Shown here one piece after another: positions 1 to 13,749 of a DNA stretch of 64,000 bases. Each line of letters opens with the position of its first letter. Position 1 is the first letter of the stretch. The stretch comes from Eledone cirrhosa (Eukaryota). Position numbers and translations under genes: made by a program. The notes under the pieces are model-generated. The model searched no databases, had not been told where the DNA came from, and was given only the letters and a program-made list of their open reading frames with translations. Location: positions 1,674,001-1,738,000 of the forward strand of contig OZ024766.1 of NCBI GenBank assembly GCA_964016885.1, written 5' to 3'.

Positions 1-326
1 AACCAGGGGTGGTTGGAACATAACTTAACAAAGGTTGTTACACCAGTTTTGTATCATAGAACCAGGGGTGGTTGGAACATAACTTAACAAAGGTTCTTAC
101 AAACAGTTTTGTATCATAGAACCAGGGGTGGTTGGAACATAACTTAACAAAGGTTCTTACACCAGTTTTGTATCATAGAACCAGGGGTGGTTGGAACATA
201 ACTTAACAAAGGTTCTTACACCAGTTTTGTATCATAGAACCAGGGGTGGTTGGAACATAACTTAACAAAGGTTCTTACAAACAGTTTTGTTACCATAGAA
301 CCAGGGGTGGTTGGAACATAACTTAA
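1..326. repeat. ~59-bp minisatellite (aaccaggggtggttggaacataacttaacaaaggtt...)
   Basis: About 5.5 tandem copies; the same family occurs at ~20120, ~41745 and 58117-58880. Confidence 0.95.
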
Positions 327-360
327 GTACTGGTTGCTCTCTGACAGGTTGGTGGTCGTG

Positions 361-712
361 CCCTTGGCCCTAGGGCTACCTCCCTACTTACTACCATAGG
401 CACAGACCTGGCTACCTGTAGCAGTGTAGACTTCTGGTGTCCTTGGCCCTAGGGCTACCTCTCTACTTACCACCATAAGTACAGACCTGGCTACCTGTAG
501 CAGTGGGGACTTCTGGTGTCCTTGGCCCTAGGGCTACCTCTCTACTTACCACCGTAGGCACAGACCTGGCTACCTGTAGCAGTGTAGACTTCTGGTGTCC
601 TTGGCCCTAGGGCTACCTCTCTACTTACAACCATAGACACAGACCTGGCTACCTGTAGCAGTGGAGACTTCTGGTGTCCTTGGCCCTAGGGCTACCTCCC
701 TACTTACCACCA
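361..712. repeat. 79-bp minisatellite
   Basis: ccttggccctagggctacc recurs at 362, 441, 520, 599 and 678. Confidence 0.95.
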
Positions 713-764
713 GAGGCGCTGAGCTGGTGTGTGTGTATGTGAGAGTGTGTGTGTGTGTGTGTTT

Positions 765-1200
765 CATGGAGGTTTTAAAGGATGCAGTGTCTCGACAGCT
801 AACAACTGATGCAGGGAGTTTGGTCCATGGAGGTTTTAAAGGATGCAGTGTCTCGCCAGCTAACAACTAATGCAGGTAGTTTGTTCCATGGAGGTTTTAA
901 AGGATGCAGTGTCTCGACAGCTAACAACTGATGCAGGTAGTTTGTTCCATGGAGGTTTTAAAGGATGCAGTGTCTCGACAGCTAACAACTGATGCAGGGA
1001 GTTTGTTCCATGGAGGTTTTAAAGGATGCAGTGTCTCGACAGCTAACAACTGATGCAGGTAGTTTGTTCCATTGAGGTTTTAAAGGATGCAGTGTCTCGA
1101 CAGCTAACAACTGATGCAGGTAGTTTGTTCCATGCTTCAGCAACTCTGAGCGTGAAATGTTTCTGAAAGTCATGGGAGCTGTGCTGTTTTCTGACTTTTG
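765..1200 (-). repeat. 61-bp tandem array derived from a CR1/L2-type LINE ORF2 C-terminus
   Basis: About 6 units; the minus strand translates ...HFTLRVAEAWNKLPASVVSCRDTASFKTSM. Confidence 0.85.
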
Positions 1201-1729
1201 GCAAAAAGCCAAAAAGTTCTTTAAATGCAATAATTCAAAGAAATACGGAAGTAAAAAGCTAGGATTGTCTAAACCAATGTTTCCTCAGCTGTATTTTTAC
1301 TCACCTAACACTTTAGAACTGGTAAATTTCATCTCATACTCTATATTTAAAAATTTATTCAAGAGATATATTTATATAAACATCTACACACTTCTGTGTA
1401 TGTATGTATATAATTGTTTCTACTTTAGGCACAAGGCCAGCAAATACCCAGTGCATTACTGGTACTTTATTTTATCGACCCCGTAAGGATGAAAGGCAAA
1501 GTCAACCTCGGCGGGATTTGAACTCAGATCGTAAAGGGACGTAACTATATATATATTCTATATAACTGCTCTGTAGAACAACTGATGTTATTACATTGAG
1601 CTATTTATCTTACTGGTAATAAGGTAGTTTACTGTTTAGGGTTTAAAATATATATAACTATAAAAAGTTTTAGTATATACATAACCATAAATAGTATCCT
1701 TAATACTATATATCCAGTCAACATCTACA

Positions 1730-1767
<38 letters not shown>

Positions 1768-1781
1768 AGTCAACATCTACA

Positions 1782-1821
<40 letters not shown>

Positions 1822-2130
1822 CCAGTCAATTTCTGTACCTGTAATTTCCTCAAATTTATTTTTACACAAAAGAGTTTGGCTTTTGATAAAAAGCCAACAA
1901 ATTCTTCAAATGCAATAATTCAAAGAAATACGGAAGTAAAAAGCTAGGATTGCCTAAACCAATGTTTCCTCGGCTGTATTTTTACTCACCTAACACTTTA
2001 GAACAGGTAAATTTCATCTCATAGACTGCAAATTGGCAGATTCGTTAACACGTCAGCTACATTGCTTTATGGCCTTTGTTCCAGCTCTCACCACTCTCAG
2101 TTCAGTTCCCGTCGAAGTCAACTTTGCCTT

Positions 2131-2626
2131 ACATCATCATCATCATCATCACCGTTTTACGTCCGTTCTTCCACGTTAGCATGGGTTAAACGGGTTGTCC
2201 TGTTGTGGGCAGTGTCCGGTCGGCTGACCTTCTCTTGCTCATACGGGAAATGATTCTGGCTTGATCTCTACAGCTGGATGCCCTTCCTAACACCAACCTC
2301 ATTTACAGTGAGTGCTGGGTGCTTTTTGTTGTGACACCTCCACGACCACTTTACAGTGTGGGCTGGGTGCTTTTTGTTGTGACACCTCCACGACCACTTT
2401 ACAGTGTGGGCTGGGTGCTTTTTTGCCGTGGAACCTCTACGACCACTTTACAGTGGAATGATAGGGACGCCAGTCCCTATCATCTCATTTCTACAGCTGA
2501 ATAAACTGGAGCAATATGAAATAAAGTGTCTTGCTCAAGGAAGCAACACATCACCCGGTCTGAGAATTGAACTCACAACCTTTCCATTGCAAGCCCAATG
2601 CTCTAACCACTAAGCCATGTGCCTCC
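2131..2626 (-). mobile_element. tRNA-derived SINE family A (variant tail, internal duplication)
   Basis: A box tggcttagtgg, B box gagttcaattc, central ccttgagcaagacacttta, (ATG)n tail. Confidence 0.88.
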
Positions 2627-2744
2627 ATGTACATATATCCAGATGATGGTGATGATGATAGTATTAGTGATAATGATGATGATGATAAATTGTAGCATCT
2701 TTTCATTAACAAGCCTCTTTCTTATTTCTCCTCTTTTTCTGTAG

Positions 2745-2969
2745 AAGCTGCTATCGACATTACAACTATAGTGAAAACCGAAAAAAATATCCCAACATGT
2801 CCAAGTCCGTTGATGAGACGAGCAATGCTTGGTCTGTCCTCTCATCAGAATATCCCAGGGAGAACACCACCTCCACCACTGTCACCAACCCCAACATGAG
2901 CAGTCTTAATACCAGTAATATCATGGGGAATAAGGATGTTTATCAGAAAGTTGTACCAACTCTAAACAG
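2745..2969 (+). CDS. WDR49: WDR49-like exon 1 in window (phase 2-2; in-frame ATG at 2797)
   Basis: Polypyrimidine tract plus tag acceptor, donor AG|gtgag. Open frame SCYRHYNYSENRKKYPNMSKSVDETS...VPTLN joins in phase to 6137. No recognisable homology (low-complexity N-terminus). Confidence 0.65.
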
Positions 2970-3215
2970 GTGAGATTTTTAATGATTCTGTTTTTTGTGT
3001 TTATTTATTTGAAATGTTGAAATCCCAACACAAGACTGCAATGGATGATAGTATTAGAAAATTAGGTAAAGTACCCTTAGAGTCATAAAATAAGTGGGCA
3101 GCAACCACTACAGTATATTTCTTGAATTACTGCCAAATGTGTAAAAGAGTATATATATATATATATATAAATGTGTAAATATGTATATACATGTATGCAT
3201 ATGTGTATATATATC

Positions 3216-3262
<47 letters not shown>

Positions 3263-3713
3263 ATGTATATATGTGTATGTATATGCACAGGGACATAGAA
3301 ATAATCGGGCTGGATGCCCGATCACGTGGTTAAACCACTGGGAGTGAAGGACCCCTAGCCCTGTGAGTGAAGGACCCCTATCTTTTGTCAGGGCATTCAT
3401 CTAGGAGAAGGCAACTCAGGAAACTGGGATAACTCCGACATAAAACCTGCGGCTCAGTAGTTACCGATGATGATGATCTTTTCTTCTTTTCAGGTTATTC
3501 GTAAAGGGACGTAACTCTATGCTGGAAAGCATGGCGTCCGACCCTCTACCGATACTGCCAATCCACCGCAATAAATATAATGAAGGCTTAACAAATCATC
3601 CTTGTATTATTATACTACACTCTGTCTAGCTCTACACCTCGATACTGATGTGGACCTAAACATGGAGTGCTCACCTGGGTGAACCTACAGTAACTTTATG
3701 TTACACTCCCTGG

Positions 3714-3794
<81 letters not shown>

Positions 3795-3872
3795 ATTAGA
3801 ATTTCATTCAGCTGATGTATACTTAAGAAAATACTATATATTTTCAACTGTTTAACACATTGGCAGAGATAT

Positions 3873-3915
3873 ACACTCCTGATGAAGGGTGATGACCCTG
3901 AAACATGTTGATTGT
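3873..3915 (+). ncRNA. Minimal type I hammerhead ribozyme motif
   Basis: acactc CTGATGA agggt-gatg-accct GAAA catg TT gattgt. Core intact, stem II 5 bp, stem I 5/6 bp, GUU cleavage triplet. Confidence 0.7.
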
Positions 3916-3994
3916 TCCTCAAAGCCAGTGTTGAACAAACAGGTGACGATCGGTCACCGGCCCAGCTTCAAATCAGGCTGTTTATAAACGAATC

Positions 3995-4548
3995 GAACAT
4001 TATAACTAATGTTCGATATAACCCATACAGTTTAGTGCCTACGTCCCCTGATGCTTTCAGCATCTCAGCAACTATCCCCGATGGTCCAGCAGCCTTACCA
4101 TTTTTCATTTCCTTAATCGCCTCTTGGACCCTATATTCGTCAATCTCAAAAGCTGGTCCCTCTGTCGGATCTACTGAGGGTAATTTCTCTCTCTCCCATT
4201 CGTTCTCCACATTCATCAGTCTCTCATAATGACATTTACAGGCCTCCTTTTTCTGATCATTCGTGATACTAAGTACACCGGCATCATCCCGGACACATTT
4301 ATCTCCAACAACATCCTGATTTGCATTGACACACTGCCTTGCAATGTGGAACACCGCACGCCTCTGATCTTCCCGTCGCAGAACATTGGCAAACCTCCTA
4401 CTCTCAGCCTCCCTGCGTGCTAAGTACACCTGACGTCTAGCTTCTCTCTTAGCAGCTGTATATCCTTCTCTACTCCCACCCTTTTTCCAAGCCTTCCATG
4501 TTAGTCTTTTGTCTCTAATGGCCCAATCTACTGTGCTGTTCCACCACG
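3995..4548 (-). mobile_element. RTE-type LINE fragment (upstream of RT)
   Basis: Translation ...HYERLMNVENEW...MKNGKAAGPSGIVAEMLKASG. Confidence 0.9.
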
Positions 4549-4667
4549 GGTGGGGGGTGGGGGGTAAACTGGGTGTGGGAGTGTGTGATAAAACTGGGTG
4601 TGGTTTGATTTCTATTGAGGTTAACTGGAAGAGATAAACACCATATGTTCAAATGACATGTAGTGTG

Positions 4668-4700
<33 letters not shown>

Positions 4701-4757
4701 TTATTTGAATGTATGTGTGCGTGTGTATATATGTGTGTGTGTGTGTGTGTTTATGTA

Positions 4758-4792
<35 letters not shown>

Positions 4793-5148
4793 CTATGTGC
4801 ATATTTGAAAGATTTAGTAATATAATAAATTTCACATTGCTAAATTGATGTTTGGAACATAACTTAACAAAGGCTCATACATAAAATTATATTTGTTTCT
4901 ACTTTTGGCACAAGGCCAGCAATTACCCCAGTGTATTACTGGTACTTTATTTTATCGACCCTGTAAGGATGAAAGGCAAAGTTAACCTCGGCGGGATTTG
5001 AACTCAGTCCATAAAGGGCCGTAACTCTATGCTGCAAAGCATGGCGTCCAACCCTCTACCGATACTGCCAATCCACCAATAATAATAGGTTTTTAGATAA
5101 ATATAAACACTTTTGTTACCATATTTCTAATAAAAGACACTGTCCCCT

Positions 5149-5490
5149 ATTATATATATATATATAATATATATTATATATATATTATATATATATTATA
5201 TATATATAATATATATTATATATATATTATATATATATTATATATATATAATATATATTATATATATATTATATATATATTATATATATATATTATATAT
5301 ATATTATATATATATTATATATATATAATATATATTATATATATATTATATATATATAATATATATTATATATATATTATATATATATAATATATATTAT
5401 ATATATATTATATATATATAATATATATTATATATATATTATATATATATTATATATATATATATATATATTATATATATTATATATATA

Positions 5491-5533
<43 letters not shown>

Positions 5534-5608
5534 ATATATATATTATATATATGTATATATATATGTATATATATATATATATATATTATATATATGTATA
5601 TATATATG

Positions 5609-5688
<80 letters not shown>

Positions 5689-5696
5689 TATATATA

Positions 5697-5790
<94 letters not shown>

Positions 5791-5931
5791 ATATATATAT
5801 TATATATATATAATATATATTATATATATATAATATATATTATATATATATTATATATATATAATATATATTATATATATATTATATATATATTATATAT
5901 ATATATATATATTATATATATTATATATATA

Positions 5932-5974
<43 letters not shown>

Positions 5975-6006
5975 ATATATATATTATATATATGTATATA
6001 TATATG

Positions 6007-6076
<70 letters not shown>

Positions 6077-6115
6077 ATATATGTTTATATATATATATAT
6101 ATAATATATATATTT
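5149..6115. repeat. Long imperfect (TA)n microsatellite
   Basis: Nearly pure A/T alternation. Similar tracts at 25556-26250, 44358-45270, 60667-61882 and 63710-64000. Confidence 0.98.
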
Positions 6116-6136
6116 CTATATCTAATATATTTCCAG

Positions 6137-6383
6137 CCAGAATAACAACGCAGCACCACAGACAACTCCACAGATACCAGTAATCCACACGGGGCGGCCA
6201 TCATCACTATCAGCAACATCAACGGCAATGACAGAAGTAGCAAGAGTGGCAGAGGGAGGGAAGGTGCTAGGAGTTGGTAGCACAGGAGTGGCGGCAGGAG
6301 GAGATAGAGTAAGAGGTGGTAGCAGTAAACTGGAGAGGAGACTCCTCATTTCAGATTTGGAAAACCTCCAAGATGCCTTTATG
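6137..6383 (+). CDS. WDR49: WDR49-like exon 2
   Basis: ttccag acceptor, ATG|gtgagt donor. Ends [20 protein letters not shown], the start of the EF-hand-like region. Confidence 0.85.
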
Positions 6384-6432
6384 GTGAGTAAAACAGCTTT
6401 TGTTGGTGTGTATATATATATGTGGGGGGGGG

Positions 6433-6474
<42 letters not shown>

Positions 6475-6628
6475 GTGTATATATGTGTGTATATGTGTGT
6501 GTGTGTGTGTAGATATATATATGTGTGTGTGTGTGTGTGTATATATATGTGGAGGGGGGGGGAATATGTGTGTGTGTGTGTGTGTGTATATATGTGTGTA
6601 TATGTGTGTGTGTATGTAGATATATATA

Positions 6629-6665
<37 letters not shown>

Positions 6666-6710
6666 GTGTGTGTATATGTGTGTGTGTGTGTATGTAGATA
6701 TATATATATA

Positions 6711-6741
<31 letters not shown>

Positions 6742-6778
6742 GTGTGTGTGTGTATATATATATGTGGGGGGGGGGATA

Positions 6779-6827
<49 letters not shown>

Positions 6828-6938
6828 ATATATATATGCGTGTATATATATATATGCTTGTGTATATATATATGTGTGTGTGTATATATATATATATATG
6901 TGTGTGTGTATATATATGTGTGTATATATATATATATA

Positions 6939-6987
<49 letters not shown>

Positions 6988-7205
6988 ATATATATATACA
7001 TCCTTGCAAGCAGGGAAAAGTAGGCGTAAAATGATGATGATATATATATATATATATACACATATATATATTTGTGTGTATATATATACATATATTCTCT
7101 TGCAACTGCTGGACTTGAGAACAATCGAGAATATATAGTCTTCTCGTCTGTGTAAATGAGCTGATTAATCTCATTTGCATATGATGCTGCACAAGTTGGC
7201 TCAAC

Positions 7206-7572
7206 TTATAATAGAATAGAATTTGTATTTAGCTTCAAGCATAGTTGTATACAGATATGTATAGAAATTTCGTATTTCTAAAGAAACACGGTATGTTTAT
7301 AAATAAACATTAAGAAAGCCATAGCTATGCAAAAAAAAACACCGGAGCTAACACCCTCCGGTAGTATCCAGCAGAACCAGTTAAGTTCGAAATGCATCAA
7401 CGATTGTCCCCTTGCTTCTGGTGGACACCACCAGAGTGCGTTTGCCCCAGTGCTTTTTGCATAGCTATGGCTTTCTTAATGTTTATTTATAAACATACCG
7501 TGTTTCTTTAGAAATACAAAATTTCTATACATATCTGTATACAGCTATGCTTGAAGCTAAATCCTAATTATA
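7206..7572. mobile_element. Foldback/MITE with long terminal inverted repeats
   Basis: ~110-bp near-perfect arms (tttagcttcaagcatag...gctatgcaaaaa vs tttttgcatagc...gcttgaagctaaa), with weaker inner pairing. Confidence 0.88.
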
Positions 7573-8024
7573 AAAGTGCAGGGCGATCAAAATAGATGGA
7601 AGCTACGGAGTAGGCAGACCCAGAAAAACCTGGGCCGATTTGATAAATTCCGACCTTACACACTTACACCTCTCCAAGACAATGTCACTGGACCGAGATC
7701 TTTGGCATTACGCAGTAATACAGAAGACCCACCTTGCCTATGTACAAAGCAAAACCTACAGTCAGTAGGCACCTCCTAACCAAAAATACACCCCCATCCA
7801 ACTACCCCCACCCCCATCTACACCACCCCTTTCTCTGTAAAGTTATATATATACACACATATATATATACACACACATATATATATACACACACATATAT
7901 ATACACACATACATATATATATACACACATTTATATATATATACACATATATATATACACACATATATATACACATACATATATATACACATACATATAT
8001 ATATATACACACATATATATATAT

Positions 8025-8079
<55 letters not shown>

Positions 8080-8184
8080 TACACATGTATACACTCACAT
8101 ATACACGCAGGGAAAAGCGGATGTAAAATGACACACACACATCATCTAAACCCCACCACCACCACCACCATCTATCCCCCACTC

Positions 8185-10637
8185 ATCGCTTTTCTCGCTT
8201 ATATCCGCTTTTCTCGCTTATCTCCCCTTTTCTCGATTGTCTCCCCTTTGCTCGATTGTCTCCCCTTTGCTCGATTGTCTCCCCTTGGCTCGTTTATCTC
8301 CACTTTGCTCGATTATCTCCCCCTGTTCTTCCCCAGATTATCTCCCCCTGTTCTTCCCCAAATTATCTCCCCCTGTTTTTTTTACAAATTATCCCCCCCT
8401 GATTTTTTTTTACAAATTATCTCCCCCTAATTTTTTTTACAAATTATCTCCGCCTGATTTTTTAAAAAAAATTATCTCCCCTTGGCTGGCTGGAAATTAT
8501 CTCCCCTTGGACGGCTGGAAATTATCACCCCTTGGACGGCTGGAAATTATCTCCCCTTGATTTTTTTTTACATATTATCTCCCCCTGATTTTTTTTTACA
8601 AATTATCTCCACTGATTTTTTTTTACAAATTATCTCCCCCTGATTTTTTTACAAATTATCTCCCCTTGGCTGGCTGGAAATTATCTCCCCTTGGACGGCT
8701 GGAAATTATCTCCCCTTGGACGGCTGGAAATTATATCCCCTTGGACGGCTGGAAATTACCTCCACTTGGACGGCTGGAAATTATCTCCCGTTGGACGGCT
8801 GGAAATTATCTCCCCTTGGACGGCTGGAAATTATCTCCCCCTGATATTTTTTTACAAATTATCTCCCCCTGATTTTTTTTTACAAATCATCTCCCCCTGA
8901 TTTTTTTTTACAAATAACTCCCCCTGATTTTTTTTACAAATTATCTCCCCTGATTTTTTTAAAAATATCTCCCCTTGGACGGCTGGAAATTATCTCCCCT
9001 TGGACGGCTGGAAATTATCTCACCTTGGACGGGTGGAAATTACCTCCCCTTGGACGGCTGGAAATTATCTCCCCCTGATATTTTTTACAAATTATCTCCC
9101 CCTGATTTTTTTTACAAATTATCTCCCCGATTTTTTAAAAAATTATCTCCCCTTGGACGGCTGGAAATTATCTCCCCTTGGCCGGCTGGAAATTATCTCC
9201 CCTTGGACGGCTGGAAATTATCTCACCTTGGACGGGTGGAAATTACCTCCCCTTGGACGGCTGGAAATTATCTCCCCCTGATATTTTTTACAAATTATCT
9301 CCCCCTGATTTTTTTTACAAATTATCTCCCCCTGATTTTTTAAAAAATTATCTCCCCTTGGACGGCTGGAAATTATCTCCCCTTGGCCGGCTGGAAATTA
9401 TCTCCCCTTGGACGGCTGGAAATTATCTCCCCCTGATTTTTTTTACAAATTATCTCCCCCTGATTTTTTTTTACAAATCTGCCCCTGATTTTTTTTTACA
9501 AATTATCTCCGCCTGATTTTTTTTAAAAATTATCTCCCTTGGCTGGCTGGAAATTATCTCCCCTTGGACGGCTGGAAATTACCTCCCCTTGGACGGCTGG
9601 AAATTATCTCCCCCTGATTTTTTTTTACAAATTATCTCCCCGTTTTTTTTTTACAAATTATCTCCCCCTGATTATTTTTTTACACATTATCTCCCCCTGA
9701 TTTTTTAAAAAATTATCTCCCCCTGGACGGCTGGAAATTATCTCCCCTTGGACGGCTGGAAATTATCTCCCCTTGGCCGGCTGGAAATTATCTCCCCTTG
9801 GACGGCTGGAAATTACCTCCCCTTGGACGGCTGGAAATTATCTCCCCCTGATTTTTTTTTACAAATTATCTCCCCGTTTTTTTTTTACAAATTATCTCCC
9901 CCTGATTATTTTTTTACACATTATCTCCCCCTGATTTTTTAAAAAATTATCTCCCCCTGGACGGCTGGAAATTATCTCCCCTTGGATGGCTGGAAATTAT
10001 CTCCCCTTGGACGGCTAGAAATTATCTCTCCTTGGACGGCTGGAAATTATCTCCCCTTTTTTTTTTTTACAGATTATCTCCCCCTGATTTTTTTTACAAA
10101 TCTCCCCCTGATTTTTTAAAAAAAATTATCTTCCCTTCGCTGGCTGGAAATTATCTCCCCTTGGACGGCTGGAAATTATAGCCCCTTGGAGGGCTGGAAA
10201 TTAACTCCCCTTGGACGGCTGGAAATTATCTCCCCTTGATTTATTTTTACAAATTATCTCATCCTGATATTTTTTTACAAATTATCTCCCCCTGATTTTT
10301 TTTTACAAATTATCTCCCCCTGATTTTTTTTTACAAATTATCTCCGCCTGATTTTCTTTTTAAATTATATCCCCTTGGCTGGCTGGAAATTATCTCCCCT
10401 TGGACGGCTGGAAATTATCTCCCCTTGGACGGCTGGAAATTATCTCCCCTTGATTTCCCCTGATTTTTTATACAAATTATCTCGCCCTGATTTTTTTTTA
10501 CAAATTATCTCCTCTTGGACGGCTGGAAATTATCTCCCCTTGTACGGCTGGAAATTATCTCCCCTTGATCTTTTTTTACAAATTATCTCCCCCTGATTTT
10601 TTTTACAAATTTTCTCCCCCTGATTTTTTTTTACAAA
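8185..10637. repeat. Two-monomer satellite built on aaattatctcccc
   Basis: Alternating runs of aaattatctccccttggacggctgg and aaattatctccccctgattttttttac (~25-28 bp). Confidence 0.95.
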
Positions 10638-10747
10638 TCCTGGGCAATGAAGTTTCAGAATATATATGGTTATGGGAGGGGGTCTATCTCCAAAACCATA
10701 GGAGGAGTTTGTGAACAAACAAACAGGAACTACAACTTTATATATAT

Positions 10748-11183
<436 letters not shown>

Positions 11184-12034
11184 TAAAAAGGACGATTTGT
11201 TATGCCTTCATTACGTTTATTGATTGGCGATGTGTGTTTCGCTATTGATCAGCTCAAGGTTCGATCTGGCCCAACTCTGGTATCAAAAGCTCGTCGGATC
11301 TCTGCTGTTGTATATATATCGGTTTTTTTTTGGGGGGGGGGGGGATGTCTCTACTGGATATTCTCTCTGTTTCTCCATGTGATCATGTCTCTGTACTTCT
11401 GAAGAAGGACTTTAGCCCGACACGTCGATACTTTCTTTCCTCTTTATAAAGCGTGAAACTAAGATTTTTTTTCTACCTCTGTTGTCTCCACCTTGTACAT
11501 TTTTTCGTCAGTATTTTGGGGATGTAGACTAACCCAGGGTTAAACAACACATTAAGACTCCAACAGTTATCTTCCTTGCCTCTCTCGTCCAACGTCAAAA
11601 TGTTTTGAAGTGAAAAATGTTTGTTACGCTGTGATGGCGTATTTTTTTAAACTGTCCGGAGCCGGATAAAACCCGGCCCCAGTGTATCACTGGTTATATA
11701 GATATGGAAAGGACCTTCACCGCTTCCAGCGATGAGTGTTGAAGCTGTTTGAACAACGGGAAAGCCTTTTGTTTTGAGTCATTAGACTGTGGCCATGCTG
11801 GGGCACAACCCTCTTATATGTCTTTTACTGTTTTCAGTCATTAGACTTTGGCCATGCTGGGGCACCACGTTCTTTTGTCTTTCAGTGATTTCAGTCATTA
11901 GACTAGGGCCATGCTGGGGCACCTCACTGAAGGGAATTATAATATATATTTATTTGTGTGTGTGTGTATATACATAATGCACACATACGCATACACGCAC
12001 ATAAACACACACACACTGTCGGTTGGTTTTGCCC

Positions 12035-12096
<62 letters not shown>

Positions 12097-12371
12097 GGGC
12101 AAAACCAACCGACAGGAGACCCCCGGGGTTAGACCCCAGGGAAGGTGGATAACATCCATGATATCAGCTGGTCTCGCTTGGGGGTCCAGCCAGACCAATT
12201 GGAGACGGTACCTTCTGACAGGACCTGCTGGAAGGAGTGTTTCAGGACTCTGGCCCCCACATGACCCTCTCACGAGTAAGTAGGGCAAAGGAGGGGAAAG
12301 AGGGGGGGGGGGAACTCCCCACACCCACGAAAAAATCGATTACGGAAAATTTGACTACAACTTCCCACACC

Positions 12372-12530
12372 CAGCGCCGTCTTAACGCATGGGCACGCTG
12401 GGCAGTTACCCGGGGGTCCCACGAGGATATGGGGCCCATTCGTATTTTTATTCCTGTGAGTGGTTGTGTAGGTAGGGGCCCCAGTATTCTGCTTTGCCCG
12501 GGGCCCTATAATGCTGTAAAGACGGCCCTG
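12372..12530. mobile_element. hAT-like MITE
   Basis: TIRs cagcgccgtcttaac / gtaaagacggccctg, 8-bp TSD cccacacc / ccctcacc. Confidence 0.75.
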
Positions 12531-12997
12531 CCCTCACCCACAAAAAATCGATTACGGAAAATTTGACCACAACGGGATTTCAATTCAGAATTAAGATAGA
12601 CTGAACAATCACCGCAAGGCATTACCCTCTTACAATATTTATTGACAGTAAGGGACGCTGGTAATGTGCTTAAACCGTGGGGGTGAGGTTCCAGATAGAA
12701 ATTAGGAAAGGATTTAAGAATCAATCTTTTGAATTTACTCAGTTTTGCCCGTTGCAGTTTTTTTTAAGAGTTGTCTCCCCTACATTTGAAACTGTTTAGA
12801 GTTGTGTCCCTTGTAAGATTTCTTTTTTTTTTTGTTTTTGTTTTGATATTAGCATGTCCCATATTATAGGGGATGCTGAGAAAATCGGTAATTTTATGGT
12901 GTACGTTCGTAAATAAGGGTTTTCTTGTAATGTTCTTCTTTTGTCATATATAAAGGTGTTTTTTTTTAAACCGACCCCCGTAAGGATGACAGGCAGT

Positions 12998-13541
12998 AGT
13001 AAAGCCTTTACTGTGAAAATACAATAGTATATATAGAGTAATGTAGATGTTATGTGAGGTATTATGTGAGGTAAAGCCTTTACTGTGAAAATATAATAGT
13101 TTATATAGAGTAATGTAAATGTTATGTGAGATATTATGTGAGGTAAAGCCTTTACTGTGACAATACAATAGTATATATAGAGTAATGTAAATGTTATGTG
13201 AGATATTATGTGAGGTAAAGCCTTTACTGTGAAAATACAATAGTATATATAGAGTAATGTAAATGTTATGTGAGATATTATGTGAGGTAAAGCCTTTACT
13301 GTGAAAATACAATAGTATATATAGAGTAATGTAAATGTTATGTGAGGTAAAGCCTTTACTGTGAAAATACAATAGTATATATAGAGTAATGTAAATGTTA
13401 TGTGAGATATTATGTGAGGTAAAGCCTTTACTGCGACAATACAATAGTATATATAGAGTAATGTAAATGTTATGTGAGATATTATGTGAGGTAAAGCCTT
13501 TACTGTGACAATACAATAGTATATATAGAGTAATGTAAATG
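12998..13541. repeat. 72-bp minisatellite
   Basis: About 8 copies of gtaaagcctttactgtgaaaatacaatagtatatatagagtaatgtaaatgttatgtgagatattatgtgag. Confidence 0.95.
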
Positions 13542-13605
13542 CTAAAGAGTTAACCCCTTACTATATAATTATATATATATATATATAATATTTATTTATT
13601 TCTAG

Positions 13606-13707
13606 GTGGATCAACAACCACAAGGTACCTACATCCCTATCAGTCTCAACAAGGAACAGTTCTGTGACTCATTGGCATTGCTACTGAACAAGGGTTCCAG
13701 GGAAGAG
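13606..13707 (+). CDS. WDR49: WDR49-like exon 3
   Basis: ttctag|GTG...GAG|gtaaga. Encodes VDQQPQGTYIPISLNKEQFCDSLALLLNKGSREE; phase 0-0. Confidence 0.9.
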
Positions 13708-13749
13708 GTAAGATGTTTGGCTGTATGCCACTGTGCCACCTAGACAGTG

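Noticed and set aside
13606-13624. 19-nt micro-exon using AAG|gtacct
   Set aside because: The frame continues with WDR49-like sequence to a stronger in-phase donor at 13707.
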